From assembly GCA_947623685.1 (NCBI GenBank), contig CANQHF010000005.1, forward strand, positions 1-60,433: a stretch of DNA of 60,433 nucleotides. The letters are read 5' to 3'. This DNA comes from an uncultured Bacilli bacterium. GTDB taxonomy: Bacteria > Bacillota_I > Bacilli_A > RF39 > UBA660. The translations under genes and the position numbers were made by a program. Positions 58,674 through 60,433 of this stretch are shown here, in pieces. The notes beneath the pieces are model-generated. The model searched no databases, was not told where the DNA came from, and worked only from the letters and a program-made list of their open reading frames with translations. The number at the start of each line of letters is the position of its first letter. The stretch's first letter is position 1.

Positions 58674-59030
58674 TTATTTAATTTTTTTAGATACTCCTTT
58701 AACTAATTTAATAACTTTTTTAAAAGATACATCATCCATTCTTTTATAAAAACTATAAACAAAATCTTCATCTAAAGAAGATGCTACGTAAAACTCATTT
58801 CTATTCCTTATTCCAGTTACATCATAAACTTCATCATCTATTAAAGCTGCACAATGATATTTTTCCTTTTCAATTACCATTATTGCATTAGGATATACAC
58901 TTTTTAAAATCTCATAATAATCAAGACAATAACTATCTTTAAATAAAAAGACAGCATCTTCATAAAATAACTTTCTTAATATATTATTTATCTCTATTAT
59001 ACTTAAAACAACATACAAAAAAACCACCAT
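58674..59030 (-). CDS. hypothetical protein (118 aa)
   Basis: ORF 6 nt downstream of 59037..59894, likely co-transcribed. Confidence 0.4.
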   Translation of the reverse strand: MVVFLYVVLSIIEINNILRKLFYEDAVFLFKDSYCLDYYEILKSVYPNAIMVIEKEKYHCAALIDDEVYDVTGIRNRNEFYVASSLDEDFVYSFYKRMDDVSFKKVIKLVKGVSKKIK

Positions 59031-59036
59031 TACATT

Positions 59037-59894
59037 TTATGGCAATTTTTTCATTTTCTTTACATAACCTTTATTATTATCAATATCAAATATACATTTT
59101 AAATCATTATCATTTAAAAACATCAACGTACCTTTAATCAACCTATTAAATAAACCTTCTTGAACTTTATCTAGTAAATTCTTTTCTTCATTAATAAAAT
59201 CATAATATCTATCATCATACTCATCTATTATCTTTTTATATTCATTACTTACTAATGATAAATTTTTATCATCAAATTTATAACCTACACCAATATTAGC
59301 AGATTCATCACCATCATATCTAATTATTGTTTCAATATAATTAGATTTTTTATCATAACTAATAAGCACTTTTTTACCATCTACTTTATGACTTAATTTA
59401 TGAGTAGATAAAGAAACATATTCATCACTTAATATATTTAATATATATACTCTATTCTTAATCGAATAAAACCTTATATATCCTATTTCTTTACCATCAC
59501 AATTAATGGTAAAGAAATTCTTAGTAGTTAATTTATTTCTTAAATACTTCTTACTTCGCTCATCATTTATATTAGAAATATAATTACCAGAAATATCAAT
59601 ATTATTAGTGGTATTTTTAACCTTATAAGTCATTTTTAAAACATCACGTCCATCATCCTTTATAATTGATGCCATACCAACTATTTGTAAATCATCAAAA
59701 GATGCGTTTACAACATAATAATCATTCTCTTTTTTAACACTACCTACTACATTATTATTAAGATCATATATTAAATACTTACCATCATTTCTTAAAACAT
59801 CACAAACATAATTAGAAGTAAAAACCCCTTTACTAATATTAAAAACCTTTAAAAAATGATTAATTAATATAACAACAATCTTATACATATCCAT
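59037..59894 (-). CDS. hypothetical protein (285 aa)
   Basis: ORF with GGAGTG SD; no recognisable motif. Confidence 0.45.
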   Translation of the reverse strand: MDMYKIVVILINHFLKVFNISKGVFTSNYVCDVLRNDGKYLIYDLNNNVVGSVKKENDYYVVNASFDDLQIVGMASIIKDDGRDVLKMTYKVKNTTNNIDISGNYISNINDERSKKYLRNKLTTKNFFTINCDGKEIGYIRFYSIKNRVYILNILSDEYVSLSTHKLSHKVDGKKVLISYDKKSNYIETIIRYDGDESANIGVGYKFDDKNLSLVSNEYKKIIDEYDDRYYDFINEEKNLLDKVQEGLFNRLIKGTLMFLNDNDLKCIFDIDNNKGYVKKMKKLP

Positions 59895-59924
59895 AATTTC
59901 ACTCCAAACTTAACTATATTATAA

Positions 59925-59955
59925 TTAAAAAATATAAAAAAGCAAGAAATTCTTG
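59925..59955 (-). terminator. rho-independent terminator after the edge surface-protein gene
   Basis: Minus strand GGCAAGAA-ttt-CTTGC(TT) followed by a T-run. Confidence 0.6.
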
Positions 59956-59963
59956 CCTTTTTA

Positions 59964-60433
59964 CTAGCCATTAATAATTTCATAAGGTTTTGATGCCGAT
60001 CCGTCTCCATTAACATACGTAACACTATTCTTTAAGGATATACTTGGTAGAACATAAACGGGGGTGTAATTGGATTGCACTGAATTAAACATATTACCGT
60101 ACTGAATAACATCAATATTATAAAACCCACTAACGAAGTTATTTAAATCTGTTAATAATAAATAAGTATAATCTGAATATGGATATAAGTATGTTTGAGC
60201 GAAATCTACACTCGCCCCTGCAAGCATTGCCTCATCTACACTTATTAACCCAATAGGATTATCAATATGATAGCACATAACTGAATGATCTGTAGGACAA
60301 CTAACGTAGGAAGGAAATCCAATAGGAACATTCGGTGATGCTAAAACAGCAGCTTTATCGTCCCTTATATCTGGCTTTCCGTTTGCAACTCTTTCGGCAT
60401 TTCCAGGTGCATTATAATTATGCTGATACCAAA
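59964..60433 (-). CDS. 3' part of a surface-protein paralogue (extends beyond the right edge)
   Basis: The frame stays open upstream of the ORF-track Met to position 60433 (WYQHNYNAPGNAERV...). The C-terminus NPIGLISVDEAMLAGAS...LPSISLKNSVTYVNGDGSASKPYEI parallels 46659..48398. Confidence 0.75.
   Translation of the reverse strand, partial: WYQHNYNAPGNAERVANGKPDIRDDKAAVLASPNVPIGFPSYVSCPTDHSVMCYHIDNPIGLISVDEAMLAGASVDFAQTYLYPYSDYTYLLLTDLNNFVSGFYNIDVIQYGNMFNSVQSNYTPVYVLPSISLKNSVTYVNGDGSASKPYEIING

Noticed and set aside
1-60433. rRNA, tRNA, riboswitch, T-box or CRISPR features
   Set aside because: Scanning the intergenic regions by eye showed no tRNA-like cloverleaf-length GC-rich segments, no rRNA-like sequence, no regularly spaced repeats and no recognisable riboswitch cores. 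A covariance-model scan would be needed to exclude small RNAs.

Overview
Visibly AT-rich chromosomal segment of a spore-forming low-GC Bacillota (spoVS, cotE, cse60-like and a SpoVB/MurJ-type flippase are present). The bile-salt-hydrolase homologue and BspA/DUF285-type surface proteins suggest a gut Erysipelotrichia/Clostridia-like organism, which is inference only. Almost every gene is on the minus strand. Housekeeping genes I recognise: ppdK, PFOR (nifJ-type), typA, an RNase J paralogue, rpsP plus a KH protein, trmB, a rumA-type methyltransferase, two rluA-type genes, rubrerythrin, corA, an AI-2E transporter, a MarR plus heterodimeric ABC exporter operon, xerC/D-type recombinase, sortase B and Fic. 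I saw no rRNA, tRNA or CRISPR array. Two accessory regions stand out. (1) About 11 kb lying immediately downstream of the ppdK 3' end (about 2.3-13.2 kb) looks like a decaying tandem island. It holds two degenerate copies of the ppdK C-terminal coding end, frameshifted XRE and ParB-like genes, an intact ISAs1 element with an 18-bp IR and 9-bp TSD, and intact defence-type cargo. The cargo is an operon encoding a PHP-phosphoesterase/ABC-SMC-like ATPase fusion, a 101-aa protein and an Abi_2/HEPN protein, plus a second Abi_2 gene. That second gene is bracketed by a covarying stem-loop motif that also occurs once as a gene-less promoter-hairpin-terminator unit. (2) A family of modular secreted/surface proteins (28.5-30.4 kb, 46.7-49.5 kb and both window edges). 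Two of their promoters carry poly-G tracts inside the -35/-10 spacer, making them candidate phase-variable promoters. A type I toxin-antitoxin-like module (26-aa hydrophobic peptide plus a convergent small RNA) sits between two of these genes. All functional calls rest on reading motifs in the supplied translations; no database search was possible.
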